Source: Candidatus Methylomirabilota bacterium (GTDB lineage Bacteria; Methylomirabilota; Methylomirabilia; Rokubacteriales; CSP1-6). From it: a DNA stretch of 64,000 nucleotides. The stretch spans positions 6,800-70,799 of the forward strand of contig DASYVT010000069.1 in assembly GCA_035936835.1 (NCBI GenBank), in the 5' to 3' direction. The position numbers were made by a program, and so were the translations under genes. Numbering within the stretch: the first letter of the stretch is position 1; the number at the start of each line of letters is the position of its first letter. This document shows, piece after piece, positions 28,889-41,128 of the stretch. Under the pieces are notes generated by a model. It ran no database searches. It worked only from the letters and a program-made list of their open reading frames with translations, and was not told where the DNA came from.

Positions 28889-29043
28889 TGGAAGACAGCC
28901 GCCCGGAGCCCTCGGCCGCGTCGGTTGCTTCACGTTTACGGGGGCTCGTTTGCAGGGGATAGTCTGGTGGCTGCCCTACGGGCAGGTGTGCCCCGTCTGC
29001 CCGGCCCCATGATTCGGGGCTTTACCTTCCGCCCTCAAGGCAC

Positions 29044-31579
<2,536 letters not shown>

Positions 31580-31580
31580 C

Positions 31581-33062
31581 GTGACAGCCAGCGACGCGAT
31601 CCGCTGGGCGCGCCGGGTGCGGAGCGAGCGGCCGCCGGCCGCGCTGGACGAGTACCTCGCCGGCTTCGAAGCCTTCTTCAACGACTACGCGGGGCGCGTC
31701 GAATACTGGCGCGCCCGCAACCCCGGCTACCACGAGTCCATCGCGTCGCTGGCGCGCTTCTACGTGCCTCGCGGCGCCCGCGTGCTCGAGGTCGGCTGCG
31801 GCACGGGCGACCTCCTGGCCTCCCTCGCGCCTTCGGAAGGCGTCGGCATCGACCTCTCCGCCGCCATGGTGGCCCGCGCGTCGGAGCGCCACCCCCATCT
31901 CGAGTTCCGCCACGAGGCGGCCGAACGCCTCGACCTGCCCGGCCGCGAGTTCGACTACATTATCCTGTCCGATCTCGTCGGCTACCTCTTCGACATCCGG
32001 GGCGCGCTCGAGCGCCTGAGGGCCGTCTCGCACCCCGGGACGCGCATCATCATCAACTGGTACAGCCGTGTCTGGCAGCCCGTGGTACATCTCCTCGAAG
32101 CCCTCCGGCTCAAGTACCCGCTCCCGCTCCTCAACTGGACGACCGTCGGCGACGTCGAGAACCTGCTGCGGCTCGCCGGCTTCGAAACGGTGCGCGCGCG
32201 CGGCCACATCCTCCTGCCGCTCCGGCTCGGGCCGATCAGCCGCTGGGCCAACCGCTTCCTCGCGCACCTGCCCATCGTCCGCTGGTTCGTGTGGACCAAC
32301 TGGGTGGTCGCCAGGCCGATCCCGCGCGCCACGTCGGACCCGCCAAGCGTGACGGTCGTCTGCCCGTGCCGCAACGAGAAGGGCAACATCGAGCAGGCCG
32401 TGCGCCGGCTCCCGGCCCTCGGCTCCCGGACGGAGCTCATCTTCGTCGAGGGGCACTCGAAGGACGACACACTCGAGGAGTGCCGGCGCGTGGCGGCGGC
32501 CCATCCGGAGCTGGACATCAAGGTCATGGTCCAGAGCGGCAAGGGCAAGGGCGACGCGGTGCGGCTCGGCTTCGCGCACGCGACGGGGGACATGCTCATC
32601 ATTCTCGACGCCGACCTCTCGGTCGCGCCCGAGGACCTGCCGCAGTTCTACGAGGCCATGGTGTCGGGAGCGGGGGAGTTCGCGATGGGCTCGCGCCTCG
32701 TCTACACCATGGACCCCAGGGCCATGCGCTTCCTGAACCTGCTCGGCAACCGCTTCTTCGGCCTCCTGCTGAGCGTCCTGATCGGCCAGCCCATCAAGGA
32801 CACGCTCTGCGGCACCAAGGTCATCTGGCGCGAGGACTACACCCATCTCGCGGCCGGCCGGACCCACTTCGGCGACTTCGATCCGTACGGCGACTTCGAC
32901 CTGATCTTCGGAGCCGCCAAGCTCAACCTGCGCATCGTGGAGATCCCCGTGCGCTACCGCGAGCGCACGTACGGGGCGCCGAATATCAGCCGCTTCGCCG
33001 ACGGGTGGCTGCTCCTGCGTATGTCCGCGCTGGCGGCGGGGCGCCTCTTCTTCGCGGCATGA
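31581..33062 (+). CDS. bifunctional class I SAM methyltransferase / GT2 glycosyltransferase fusion
   Basis: N-terminal half: VLEVGCGTGDLL...DYIILSDLVGYL. C-terminal half: VTVVCPCRNEKGNI...FVEGHSKDDT...LIILDADLS (DxD), Dpm1/GT2-like. Confidence 0.8.
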   Translation: MTASDAIRWARRVRSERPPAALDEYLAGFEAFFNDYAGRVEYWRARNPGYHESIASLARFYVPRGARVLEVGCGTGDLLASLAPSEGVGIDLSAAMVARASERHPHLEFRHEAAERLDLPGREFDYIILSDLVGYLFDIRGALERLRAVSHPGTRIIINWYSRVWQPVVHLLEALRLKYPLPLLNWTTVGDVENLLRLAGFETVRARGHILLPLRLGPISRWANRFLAHLPIVRWFVWTNWVVARPIPRATSDPPSVTVVCPCRNEKGNIEQAVRRLPALGSRTELIFVEGHSKDDTLEECRRVAAAHPELDIKVMVQSGKGKGDAVRLGFAHATGDMLIILDADLSVAPEDLPQFYEAMVSGAGEFAMGSRLVYTMDPRAMRFLNLLGNRFFGLLLSVLIGQPIKDTLCGTKVIWREDYTHLAAGRTHFGDFDPYGDFDLIFGAAKLNLRIVEIPVRYRERTYGAPNISRFADGWLLLRMSALAAGRLFFAA

Positions 33063-33775
33063 GCGATGCCGCGACCCTGGCGCGGCATCGCGCCGCGTGG
33101 CAGGCGCGCCCCGAGCTCCGCTCCGTGTACCGCGAGTGGTTCGACCGGCTGCTGGCGGCGGTGGCCGCCCGCCGCCCGGTGGTCGAGGTCGGCTCCGGCC
33201 CAGGCTTCTTCAAGGAGCGCGCGCCATCGCTCGTCGCCACCGACGTCGTCTCGGGGCTCTCCGTCGACGTCCGCTGCGACGCCGACATCCTGCCTTTCCG
33301 CTCGGACAGCGTGGGAGCCATCGTAATGGTGGACACGCTCCATCATCTGCCGCGGCCGCTCGACTTCCTCTCCGAGGCCGCGCGCGTGCTCAAGCCGGGC
33401 GGCAGGCTCGCGATGGTCGAGCCATGGATCACGGCGCCGTCCTGGGTGCTCTATAGGTTCTTCCACCACGAGGAGTGCCGGCTGGGCGTGGACGTGGCGC
33501 GGCCCTTCGGCTCGGACCCCAAGGCCGCCCTCGACGGTAACGCCGCGATCCCGTACCTGCTTCTGGCCAGGCTCCGCGGGGCCGGCCTGCCGCTTCACCT
33601 CGTGAGGGCGGAGCCTTTCGTCGGCCTGCCCTACCTGGCGACCTTCGGCTTCAAGGTCGGGAGGCCGCTGCCGGGCTTCTTCCAGGCCCTGGCCCGCGCG
33701 GGCGAGGCGGCGCTCCGCCCGCTGGCGCGCTGGGTGGCCACGCGCATCTTCGTGGTCCTGGAGAAGCCGGCGTAA
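33059..33775 (+). CDS. class I SAM-dependent methyltransferase
   Basis: ATGA junction. [35 protein letters not shown]. Confidence 0.8.
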   Translation: MSDAATLARHRAAWQARPELRSVYREWFDRLLAAVAARRPVVEVGSGPGFFKERAPSLVATDVVSGLSVDVRCDADILPFRSDSVGAIVMVDTLHHLPRPLDFLSEAARVLKPGGRLAMVEPWITAPSWVLYRFFHHEECRLGVDVARPFGSDPKAALDGNAAIPYLLLARLRGAGLPLHLVRAEPFVGLPYLATFGFKVGRPLPGFFQALARAGEAALRPLARWVATRIFVVLEKPA

Positions 33776-33850
33776 GCAGACGCCCGGGCGCGCTGTTATC
33801 CTCCAGGAGATGAGCGAGCCCCCATACTGTCTTCGGGAACGGCTCCGAGT

Positions 33851-34723
33851 GTGAAGAGCGGCCCCTGGCGTTTCCTGCTGTACCTCGTGCTGCCCCAGCC
33901 GGCCAAGCTGGCGCTCCTGCCAGATGAGCTCCGGGGACAGCTCGACCGGATCAACCTCGCGGCCAACGTCGGGATGTATTCGGGCCAGGGCGCCACCGCG
34001 TACGATGCGACCCATCGGTATGCCGAGGCGGAGCACCACGAGTACCCGGCACAGCAGCTGGTGGAGGATGTCTGGCCGGGGCGAGGCTATGGCCGCGCGC
34101 TCGAGCTTGGCGCCGGCAGCGGGTATTTCACACGCATGATCGCGCGCCGGGCCGACGCCGTGACGGCTGTCGAGCCCGTGCCCGACATGCGGCGCGTGCT
34201 CCGGGAGGGGTGTGAGGCGCACGGCATCGGCAATGTCGAGATCCTGGAGGCGTCCGCGGCCGAGCTTCCCGATCGCCTGCCGCCGCACTCGGTCGACTCG
34301 GCGATCGTGATCCAGTCGCTGCACCATATGCATCGGCGGCGAGAGGTGTTCGAGGCGCTGGGGCAGGTGGTGCGCCCGGGCGGCCGACTCCTCATGGTCG
34401 AGCCTCACCATAACCTTCGGCGCATCGTGCGGCTTGCGCGCAAGTGGCTCAAGTACTACCGCGCGCGCGAGTACTGGTCGCGCGAGATCAACTGGGGGAC
34501 CCACGACTTCCTCACCTGCGGGGAGCTTAGGGTCCTGTGTCGAGGCGGAGGCTTCGAGCGACCCCGCATCACGGGGTACTGGTTCCCCTACATGAGTCGG
34601 CTCGTGCCGGATCCGACGCGGCGGTTTCGTCTCGAGTCCCGTCTCGGCCGCCTCCCCGGGCTGCGCCACATGGCGGGAGTGCTGGCCATTGAAACTCGCC
34701 GGCGCGGCCCGGCGCCGCCGTGA
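33851..34723 (+). CDS. class I SAM-dependent methyltransferase
   Basis: GTG 33851. ALELGAGSGYFT, AIVIQSLHHM, VVRPGGRLLMVEP. Confidence 0.8.
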   Translation: MKSGPWRFLLYLVLPQPAKLALLPDELRGQLDRINLAANVGMYSGQGATAYDATHRYAEAEHHEYPAQQLVEDVWPGRGYGRALELGAGSGYFTRMIARRADAVTAVEPVPDMRRVLREGCEAHGIGNVEILEASAAELPDRLPPHSVDSAIVIQSLHHMHRRREVFEALGQVVRPGGRLLMVEPHHNLRRIVRLARKWLKYYRAREYWSREINWGTHDFLTCGELRVLCRGGGFERPRITGYWFPYMSRLVPDPTRRFRLESRLGRLPGLRHMAGVLAIETRRRGPAPP

Positions 34724-35514
34724 CGTACCCGGCAGTATCGGTGCTGATGGGGGTCTGGAACGGGGCGCCCCAGGTGCGGGAGGCCATCGAGAGCGTCCTC
34801 TCCCAGACGGCGGCCGACCTCGAGCTGGTCGTGGTCGACGACGACTCCACGGATGCGACGCCAGCGATCCTCGGGTCCTTCCGCGATCCCAGGCTCCAGG
34901 TGATCCGGCGCGCGCGCGGCGGCCTCACCTCGGCGCTGAACGCCGCGCTCCGGCTCTCGCGGGCTCCCCTCGTGGCGCGCCTCGACGCCGACGACCTGGC
35001 GCTGCCCGAGCGCCTGGAGCGGCAGCTGACCTTTCTCTCGGCGCATCCGGATGTCGGGCTGGTCGGCACGGCAGCGCGCGAGGTCGACGCCTCCGGACGC
35101 GAGGTCGCGATCGTGCGTCCCCCAGCGGACGATGCGGGGATCCGGCGCGCCCTCATCCGCCGTAATCCGTTCGTCCACTCCTCGGTCGTGATGAGACGGG
35201 CCGCCGTGGAGCAGGCGGGCGGGTACGACGAAGCCTTCCCTGTCGCCCAGGACTACGACCTGTGGATGCGGATGAGCCGCGTGACGCGCATGGCGAACCT
35301 GTCGGACCCGCTGATCGTCCGCCGGCTCCGCCCCGGGCGGGTATCCGAGGCGCGCGACACCGAGCGCCTCAGGGCGGAGGCGAGCGTCAGGTGGCGGGCG
35401 GTGCGGAGCGGGGCATACCCGCCCTGGTGCGCGCTCTTCGTCCTCCGCCCGATCCTCGCCCAGGCTGTCCCGCCCGGCGCGCGCCGTGTCCTCCGCCGCC
35501 TCGGCGGCCGGTGA
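34720..35514 (+). CDS. GT2-family glycosyltransferase
   Basis: GTGA junction. VSVLMGVWNG...LELVVVDDDSTD...ARLDADD (DxD). Confidence 0.85.
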   Translation: MTYPAVSVLMGVWNGAPQVREAIESVLSQTAADLELVVVDDDSTDATPAILGSFRDPRLQVIRRARGGLTSALNAALRLSRAPLVARLDADDLALPERLERQLTFLSAHPDVGLVGTAAREVDASGREVAIVRPPADDAGIRRALIRRNPFVHSSVVMRRAAVEQAGGYDEAFPVAQDYDLWMRMSRVTRMANLSDPLIVRRLRPGRVSEARDTERLRAEASVRWRAVRSGAYPPWCALFVLRPILAQAVPPGARRVLRRLGGR

Positions 35515-35564
35515 CCCGGCTGCGGGGCGCCGTTTTGCTGGGGGCCGGGTCTGGACCCCTAGCG

Positions 35565-35570
35565 TATAAT
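35565..35570 (+). promoter_or_regulatory. candidate -10 hexamer for the gmd-to-Wzy_C sub-operon
   Basis: Perfect TATAAT in the 102-bp gap upstream of gmd (ATG 35617, SD-like CAGGAG at 35604). No convincing -35. Confidence 0.3.
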
Positions 35571-35616
35571 CAATCTAACTGCGTGAAAGAGTGAATCTTC
35601 TCCAGGAGCGTCGCAG

Positions 35617-36582
35617 ATGCGAGTGCTGATCACCGGCATCACCGGGTTCGTCGGGAGCCACATGGCCGAGTACGCCCTGGCCAAGGGCGCCCAGGTCTTC
35701 GGCTCGAACCGGTGGCGCAGCAAGACGGAGAACATCGAGCACCTGCGCTCGAAGGTGACCTTCATCGAGTCCGACCTCAGGGACCTGTCCTCGGTCCGGG
35801 CCCTGCTCGAGACCTCGGTCCCCGACTACGTCGTGCACCTGGCGGCCCAGAGCTTCGTGGGCGTGTCCTGGCACGCGCCGGCGGAGACGCTGACGACCAA
35901 CATCCTGTCCCAGCTCAACCTGCTGGAGGCCCTCCGCGGCCTCAAGATGTCGCCGCGCCTCCTGGCGGTGGGCTCGAGCGAGGAGTACGGGCTGGTCCTC
36001 GAGGGCGAGGTGCCCATCACGGAGACCAATCCGCTCCGGCCGCTGTCGCCGTACGCCGTCAGCAAGGTCACGCAGGACATGATGGCCTACCAGTACTTCA
36101 AGAGCTACGGTCTGCCGATCATTCGCACGCGGGCCTTCAACCACGAAGGGCCCCGGCGCGGCGACGTCTTCGTCACGTCGAACTTCGCCCGGCAGGTGGC
36201 CGAGATCGAGGCCGGGCTGCGCGAGCCCGTGGTCTATGTCGGCGATCTCACCCCGCGCCGCGACTACTCCGACGTGCGCGACATCGTGCGCGGCTACTGG
36301 CTCCTGCTCGAGCGCGGGGAGCCCGGCGAAGTCTACAACCTCTGTTCGGGGCGGTCGTGGTCCATCCAGCAGGTGCTCGACTTCGTGCTGAATCTCTCCA
36401 CGGTCAAGGGGATCACGGTCAAGACCGACCCGGCGCGGCTGCGCCCCTCCGACGTCATGATCCTCGAGGGGGACCCGACCAAGATGCACACGGCCACCGG
36501 CTGGAAGGTGGAGATTCCCTTCGAGCGCACGCTCACGGAGCTCCTGGACTACTGGCGGCAGCGGACCCGCGCGTCCCGCTGA
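35617..36582 (+). CDS. gmd: GDP-mannose 4,6-dehydratase family enzyme
   Basis: VLITGITGFVGSH, catalytic YAVSKV, FNHEGPRRGDVFVT (Gmd signature-like). A Rmd-type reductase cannot be excluded by eye. Confidence 0.75.
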   Translation: MRVLITGITGFVGSHMAEYALAKGAQVFGSNRWRSKTENIEHLRSKVTFIESDLRDLSSVRALLETSVPDYVVHLAAQSFVGVSWHAPAETLTTNILSQLNLLEALRGLKMSPRLLAVGSSEEYGLVLEGEVPITETNPLRPLSPYAVSKVTQDMMAYQYFKSYGLPIIRTRAFNHEGPRRGDVFVTSNFARQVAEIEAGLREPVVYVGDLTPRRDYSDVRDIVRGYWLLLERGEPGEVYNLCSGRSWSIQQVLDFVLNLSTVKGITVKTDPARLRPSDVMILEGDPTKMHTATGWKVEIPFERTLTELLDYWRQRTRASR

Positions 36583-36602
36583 GGGACGCCTCGCGAGCCG
36601 GA

Positions 36603-37766
36603 ATGGCCACCGGCCGGACGCCCGGACATCGCCCCTCGGGCGCTCGTCCACGAGTCGCGCTGGTCCACGACTGGCTCACCGGCATGCGGGGTGGCGAGCG
36701 CTGCCTCGAGGTCTTCTGCGAGCTCTTCCCCGAGGCCGACCTGTTCACTCTCCTCCACGTGCCCGGCTCCGTGTCGCCCGCCATCGAGAGTCGGCGCATC
36801 GTGACGTCCTTCATCCAGCGGATGCCCGGCGCCCGGCGCCACTACCGCCACTACCTGCCGCTCTTCCCGGCCGCGATACGCGCGCTGGATCTCGCCGGGC
36901 ATGATCTGGTGCTCTCCTCGAGCCACGCGGTCGCCAAGGGCGCGCGCGTGCCCCCGGGGGCGCTCCACGTCTGCTATTGCTTCACGCCCATGCGCTACGT
37001 CTGGGATCTCTACGACGAGTACTTCGGCCCGCGGTCGGGGCTCGCGACCCGGCTGCTCATGCCGCCGGTGGCGGCGGCACTGCGCCGCTGGGACCGGCGC
37101 ACGGCGGCGGGGGTGCACCATTTCGTCGCCATCTCGCGCTTCGTGGCCGACCGCATTCGGCGCGCCTACGGCCGCCAGGCCGACGTGATCTACCCGCCGG
37201 TGGACGTCGCGCGCTTCCGCCTGGACGACTCACCGGGCGACTTCTACCTCGTGGTCTCCGCGCTGACGCCCTACAAGCGCGTCGATCTCGTGGTCAAGAC
37301 CGCGAACCGCCTCGGGCGGCGCCTCGTCGTCGTCGGCACCGGGCCGGAGGAGGCGAGGCTTCGCGCCATGGCGGGCCCCACGGTCGAGTTTCTCGGGTGG
37401 CGTGACGACGCCGAGACCGCGGAGCTGTACACGCGCTGTCGCGCGCTGATCTTCCCGACGCTCGAGGACTTCGGCATCACGCCGCTCGAGGCCATGGCCG
37501 CGGGGCGTCCGGTGATCGCGCTGGGGCAGGGGGGCGTGCTCGAGACCGTGGTGCCGCCGGGCGGCAGCGAGCCCGCGACGGGCCTCTTCTTCGAGCGCCA
37601 GAGCGCCGAGAGCCTCGCCGCCGCCATCCGGCACTTCGAGTCTGGGTCGATCCGCTTCGAGCCCAAGGCCCTGCGCCGTCGCGCCGAGGCCTTCGACCGG
37701 CCGCTCTTCCTGGAGCGGATGGAGAGCTACCTGGCGGCCCGCTGGCAGGAGCACGCCCGGTGCTGA
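36603..37766 (+). CDS. GT4-family glycosyltransferase
   Basis: ATG 36603. VALVHDWLTGMRGGERCLE N-terminus; FPTLEDFGITPLEAMAAGRPVIALGQGG (EX7E). Confidence 0.85.
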   Translation: MATGRTPGHRPSGARPRVALVHDWLTGMRGGERCLEVFCELFPEADLFTLLHVPGSVSPAIESRRIVTSFIQRMPGARRHYRHYLPLFPAAIRALDLAGHDLVLSSSHAVAKGARVPPGALHVCYCFTPMRYVWDLYDEYFGPRSGLATRLLMPPVAAALRRWDRRTAAGVHHFVAISRFVADRIRRAYGRQADVIYPPVDVARFRLDDSPGDFYLVVSALTPYKRVDLVVKTANRLGRRLVVVGTGPEEARLRAMAGPTVEFLGWRDDAETAELYTRCRALIFPTLEDFGITPLEAMAAGRPVIALGQGGVLETVVPPGGSEPATGLFFERQSAESLAAAIRHFESGSIRFEPKALRRRAEAFDRPLFLERMESYLAARWQEHARC

Positions 37767-39154
37767 GGGCCTACTCCCGGCTCCTCGAGCAGGTGATGCT
37801 CGTGGGGGACCTCCTGCTGGTCGCCGGCTCCTGGCTCCTCGCGTACCTCGCGCGCTTCTACGTCATTGGCCCGCAGTCCCGCCACGGCATCCCGCCGCTC
37901 GAGCCCTATCTCCTCATGCTGCTGCCCATCCTGATCGTCTGGGGCATCGCCTTCCGCGCCTTCGACCTCTACCACCCACGGCGCATCGGCTCACGCCTGT
38001 CGGAGGTGGCCGGCATCGCGAAGGCTTCGACCGTCGGCGCCCTCGTCCTCGTGAGCGTGATGACGTTCTTCTTCCGCGAGTACGACTACTCGCGCGTGGT
38101 CATCGTGTACTTCTGGATCTTCTCGATCGCGGGCGTGTCCTTCGCGCGCTACGCCTTCCGCGAGGCCCTGCGCGTCGCCCGCCGGCGGGGGTACAACCTG
38201 CGCTACGCCCTCGTGGTGGGCGGGGGTGAGCTGGCGGCCGGCGTCGTCCGGAGGCTTCGGGCGCGGCCGGACACGGGCATCCAGATCCTCGGTCTGGTGG
38301 GAGACGACAAGCGGGCGGCGGCGGGGGTCCAGTCGCTCGGCGGCTTCGCGGACCTTCGCGCGGTGCTTGACACCCACGAGGTGGACCACGTCATCCTGGC
38401 GCTTGCCCACGAGGAGTACGGCCGGCTGGGCGGGCTCCTCGAGGCCATCGGCGACGAGCCGGTGACCATCCACGTGGTGCCCGACCTCGGCCGCTTCACG
38501 TCGCTCCGCGGCGGCGTCGAGGAGTTCGAAGGCCTGCCCTTCGTTCACCTGCGGGAGTCGCCCCTCTACGGCTGGAGCCGGGTCGCGAAGCGCGTCTTCG
38601 ACGTCGCCTTCTCGCTGGCCGTGCTGGCGCTCCTGTCGCCCGTCTTGTTAGCGCTCGCCGCCGCCGTCAAGCTGACGTCGCGCGGCCCCGTCCTATACGG
38701 GCAGGAGCGGATGGGGCTCGACGGCCAGCGCTTCCGCATGATGAAGCTCCGCACCATGCGCGTGGACGCCGAGCGCGAGACGGGGCCCGTGTGGGCCGCG
38801 ACGGGCGACGACCGGCGGACTCCGATCGGCGCTTTCCTCCGGCGCTTCAGCCTGGACGAGCTGCCCCAGTTCGTCAACGTCTTCCGCGGGGAGATGAGCG
38901 TCGTGGGGCCGCGGCCCGAGCGCCCCGTGTTCGTGGAGCGATTTAGGCGGACGGTGCCGGGCTATATGCTGCGGCACAAGGTCAAGTCCGGCGTGACCGG
39001 CTGGGCGCAGGTCCACGGGCTGCGCGGCAATACCTCGCTCGAGAAGCGCATCGAATACGACATCGAGTACATCGAGCGCTGGTCGTTCTGGCTCGACCTC
39101 AAGATCATCGGCCTGACGCTCGTCCGCGTGCTCTTCGACCGGAACGCCTACTGA
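37760..39154 (+). CDS. polyprenyl-phosphate glycosylphosphotransferase (WbaP/WcaJ-type priming enzyme)
   Basis: The GTG start overlaps the upstream gene by 7 nt. N-terminal TM helices; C-terminal bacterial sugar-transferase domain (PVLYGQERMG...FRMMKLRTM...DELPQFVNVFRGEMSVVGPRPERP). Confidence 0.9.
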   Translation: MLRAYSRLLEQVMLVGDLLLVAGSWLLAYLARFYVIGPQSRHGIPPLEPYLLMLLPILIVWGIAFRAFDLYHPRRIGSRLSEVAGIAKASTVGALVLVSVMTFFFREYDYSRVVIVYFWIFSIAGVSFARYAFREALRVARRRGYNLRYALVVGGGELAAGVVRRLRARPDTGIQILGLVGDDKRAAAGVQSLGGFADLRAVLDTHEVDHVILALAHEEYGRLGGLLEAIGDEPVTIHVVPDLGRFTSLRGGVEEFEGLPFVHLRESPLYGWSRVAKRVFDVAFSLAVLALLSPVLLALAAAVKLTSRGPVLYGQERMGLDGQRFRMMKLRTMRVDAERETGPVWAATGDDRRTPIGAFLRRFSLDELPQFVNVFRGEMSVVGPRPERPVFVERFRRTVPGYMLRHKVKSGVTGWAQVHGLRGNTSLEKRIEYDIEYIERWSFWLDLKIIGLTLVRVLFDRNAY

Positions 39155-39155
39155 G

Positions 39156-40382
39156 GTGATCGCCCTCCGTCGCGGACTCCTCGCGGCGTTCGTCGTGGGC
39201 CTCGGCGTCTCGATCACGCTGGCGGAAGGCGCGCTCATCGGCCTGACGCTCCTGTGGCTCTGGCGCCTCCGCGATCCCGAGGTTCGCCGCGGCCAGCCGT
39301 GGCCGCTCTGGCGGCCCGTGCTGGCCTTCACAGGAGCCACCCTTCTCTCGGTCCTCGCCTCCGGCCACGTAGAGGCGAGCCTCGCCGCCTCCAAGGGGCT
39401 CCTGCTGATGGCCGCGCTCTACGTCACTGCCGACGCCCTCGAGGACGCGCGGGAGGGCGACCGCTTCCTCTCGTGGCTTGCCTTGGCCGCCGGCGGCGCC
39501 GCGCTGGCGGGCCTCGTTCAGTTCGGGGCGTGCCCGCCCCAGGAGCCCGCGGCCGGGCTCGCCCGCTGGTTCTTCCACCGCTGCGATCGCGCCCGCGCGT
39601 TCTTCAGCATCTACATGACGCTGGCAGGCGTGCTCAACATCGCGCTGCTCGCCACGCTCCCGCGTGTCCTGCCGGGCGGGTTCCGCGCGTGGAGCGCGCC
39701 CGTGTGGCTCTTGACCGCGATCGGTCTCGCCATGACGTACACGCGCGGGGCGTGGATCGGGCTCGGCGCCGGCGCGGCTGCGCTCCTACCCATGAGCCGG
39801 CGGGGCCGCCTCGCCGTGCTGGCGGGCCTCGTGCTCCTGCCGGTGATCTTCCTCGCCGGGCCGCGCGATCTGAGCCACCGCTTCCGCAGCATGTTCGACC
39901 CCGACGAGGCGGGGATCAAGGAGCGCGTCTACATGTGGCGGAGCGGCACGGCCATGTGGCGCGAACGCCCGCTGCTCGGCTGGGGCCCCGGCGGCGTCAA
40001 GCGTGAGTATTCCCGCTACGCCCTGCCCGAGGCCTTCAAGCAGCGCACGGGGCACGTGCACAACACGCCGCTCCAGATTCTGGTCGAGCGTGGGGTGCTG
40101 GGGCTCGCGGCGTGGCTCGCGATCTGGATCGCCTTCTACTGGCGCGCCATCGGTCTCTTGCGCGTGCTCGATGCGAGCCGCATGCGCGAGAGGGCGCTCG
40201 TGGCGGGCAGCGTGGCGGCGGTGACGGGCTTTCTCGTGGCGGGGCTGTCCGAATACAACTTCGGCGACTCCGAGGTGGTGATGGTCGCCTGGGCCGTCAT
40301 GGCCCTGCCGTGGGCGGCGGCTACCGGCCTTGCAGGGCCTCGGTCGCGCAGGCATACAGGGCCAGCCGGCGATCGGTGTTGA
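39156..40382 (+). CDS. Wzy_C-domain membrane protein (O-antigen ligase/polymerase or O-oligosaccharyltransferase family)
   Basis: About 10 TM segments; TYTRGAWIGLGAGAAAL core typical of the Wzy_C/WaaL/PglL family. Confidence 0.8.
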   Translation: MIALRRGLLAAFVVGLGVSITLAEGALIGLTLLWLWRLRDPEVRRGQPWPLWRPVLAFTGATLLSVLASGHVEASLAASKGLLLMAALYVTADALEDAREGDRFLSWLALAAGGAALAGLVQFGACPPQEPAAGLARWFFHRCDRARAFFSIYMTLAGVLNIALLATLPRVLPGGFRAWSAPVWLLTAIGLAMTYTRGAWIGLGAGAAALLPMSRRGRLAVLAGLVLLPVIFLAGPRDLSHRFRSMFDPDEAGIKERVYMWRSGTAMWRERPLLGWGPGGVKREYSRYALPEAFKQRTGHVHNTPLQILVERGVLGLAAWLAIWIAFYWRAIGLLRVLDASRMRERALVAGSVAAVTGFLVAGLSEYNFGDSEVVMVAWAVMALPWAAATGLAGPRSRRHTGPAGDRC

Positions 40383-40635
40383 TGAGGCCCGCAGGCACAC
40401 GGGCCGCCATCGCGCGCAGCCGCTCCGTCTCGCCCAGGTGCCACCAGCGCCGCCACCCCGTCGCCAGCGCCTCGACATCGGCGCTGGTCGCCGACTCCGG
40501 CGAGACTGCGAGCGCCTCACAGCGCCGCACCCGCGCCGCTTCAGCCGGAGTCGGCAGGTGAGGGAGCCGCAGGCAGAGCGCACGGAGGGCCGAGACCTTG
40601 CGAATCGCCGCTGAGGCGTCCAGCGTCGTCGTCAC
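40321..40635 (-). CDS. hypothetical 104-aa protein, translationally coupled to the upstream nucleotidyltransferase gene
   Basis: GTG 40635 overlaps the stop of the 40632-41090 gene (GTGA). G/C-rich third positions support coding. No family recognised. The 3' end overlaps the convergent Wzy_C gene by 62 nt. Confidence 0.5.
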   Translation of the reverse strand: MTTTLDASAAIRKVSALRALCLRLPHLPTPAEAARVRRCEALAVSPESATSADVEALATGWRRWWHLGETERLRAMAARVPAGLINTDRRLALYACATEALQGR

Positions 40636-41090
40636 GCTTCGGGCCCCAGCGCTTCCAGGTCCGCCAGGTCCTGCGCCGATCCTCGGAGCCGCTTGAGCGC
40701 CCGAAGACCCGCGAGGCTCACGATCGAGAGACGCCCTCCCTCCCACGCGACGGCCTCCCGGCCGGCTAGGAGGGCGGCGAGCGCCGGGTCATTCGGGATG
40801 AGGAGATCCACAGGTACAAGGTCCGAGCCATCGATCTTGATCAACCGCTGGATCTCGAGCCGTCCCCCGGCAACCGACATGGGCGTGCCCGCACGGCGGA
40901 ACCCCAGCGATGCCAGCCGTTCGATAGCCGGCAGCAAGTGCTCCCGCCCAAGCAGAAGGTCCACGTCTTCAGTGGCGCGCGGGACGGCATAGATGGACAC
41001 CGCGAGCCCTCCGACGAGAGCGTAGGCGATCCCGGCCGCGTCGAGCGCTTCCACGATGCCGCGCAGCTCGGTGTGGAGATCAAGCGTCAC
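40632..41090 (-). CDS. minimal nucleotidyltransferase-fold protein (MNT/DUF-type)
   Basis: ALVGGLAVSIYAVPRATEDVDLL (GG-x12-DxD NTase motif) and C-terminal LKRLRGSAQDLADLEAL. Confidence 0.7.
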   Translation of the reverse strand: MTLDLHTELRGIVEALDAAGIAYALVGGLAVSIYAVPRATEDVDLLLGREHLLPAIERLASLGFRRAGTPMSVAGGRLEIQRLIKIDGSDLVPVDLLIPNDPALAALLAGREAVAWEGGRLSIVSLAGLRALKRLRGSAQDLADLEALGPEA

Positions 41091-41128
41091 GGGGCAAATA
41101 TATCACCCCACACCCCGCGCGGTGGGGC

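Noticed and set aside
40321-40635. Calling the 104-aa partner of the nucleotidyltransferase a HEPN toxin (classic MNT-HEPN pair).
   Set aside because: No Rx4-6H motif is present; the nearest is RRWWH, with spacing that is too short. The partner is left as hypothetical.
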